Positions 63,410 to 64,000 of a stretch of DNA of 64,000 nucleotides are shown piece after piece (within the stretch, counting starts at the first letter, position 1; each line of letters starts with the position of its first letter). The notes below the pieces were generated by a model. It did not search any database. It worked only from the letters and a program-made list of their open reading frames with translations, and was not told the origin of the DNA. Position numbers and translations under genes: made by a program. The DNA comes from Harriotta raleighana (lineage: Eukaryota), in contig JBNZDD010013623.1 of assembly GCA_050575255.1 (NCBI GenBank), positions 2,901,912 through 2,965,911 on the forward strand, given 5' to 3'.

Positions 63410-63802
63410 CTGTCACAGAGCAGGTCGACTTCAAATTTCTCACTCTTGCATTTAAATCCCTTCACTGCTCTGCACCTCACCTACCTCTCTAACCTCCTCT
63501 CTCCTCACAGCAGTTCCCACTACCTCCACTTCACTGGGTCTGGCCTCCTCCTTGTCCCCCTGAATCTTCTGCTCCACCATCGGCAGCCGTGCCTTCAGCC
63601 ACTACACCCCGAAATTCTGGAACTTCCTCCCTCAATTCCTTTGCCTCACCCTCCCCTTTTCAATTTTCAGGTCAAGGCTGAATGCCTTTCTGTTCCCCTT
63701 CCCCTTCCCTCTTGCTCGGCCCCAGGCTCCGCTAATTGTGAAGAGCTCTGAGTCGCTGTCTGAGCATGAGGGGCACTATATAAATGCAAGTTGTTGTTGT
63801 TG
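63410..63802 (+). mobile_element. L2 LINE 3' end
   Basis: RVDFKF..FKSLH..YLS; tail gcactatataaatgcaagttgttgttg. Confidence 0.75.
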
Positions 63803-64000
63803 AACAAGCAGACGGGATCTCAATTTAACGTTGTCCAAAAGACGATACCTCCGATAATGCAACACCTCACCAGCACTGTATTGGAGAATCAACTTAAACT
63901 ATGTGATCCTAAGTCCTGATGAGAGGCTTAAATCAACAACCATCTGACTTAGAGGCACAAAACAATTAGATGCCTCACAGTTTGAAACCTTCCCCTATTA

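Overview
Vertebrate genomic DNA, most likely a cartilaginous fish (probably a holocephalan, inferred from the dominant Deu-type tRNA SINE plus CR1, L2 and Penelope repeats). Two complete spliced genes can be reconstructed by hand on the minus strand, with GT-AG sites and consistent intron phases. IRF7 (CDS 3349-12795, 10 coding exons, about 495 aa) has a compact promoter with ISRE, GAS and NF-kB motifs. CDHR5/MUCDHL (CDS 39976-62991, about 792 aa) has a signal peptide, cadherin repeats, a mucin PTS region, a TM helix and a cytoplasmic tail. The IRF7-CDHR5 adjacency matches human 11p15.5. Less expected signals: (1) decayed cadherin-repeat-like segments scattered on the minus strand between the two genes (about 18.1-38.9 kb), suggesting an unannotated multi-exon cadherin pseudogene; (2) two apparently duplicated phase-1 mucin exons in CDHR5, one carrying a 15 x 36 bp VNTR, an in-frame stop and a downstream AATAAA (possible secreted isoform); (3) a second ISRE cluster near 24.2-25.0 kb; (4) a possible decayed viral env-like remnant at about 16.2-18.1 kb. 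The rest is transposable elements, simple repeats, N gaps and gap-associated duplication artefacts. All calls come from reading the sequence; no database search was run.
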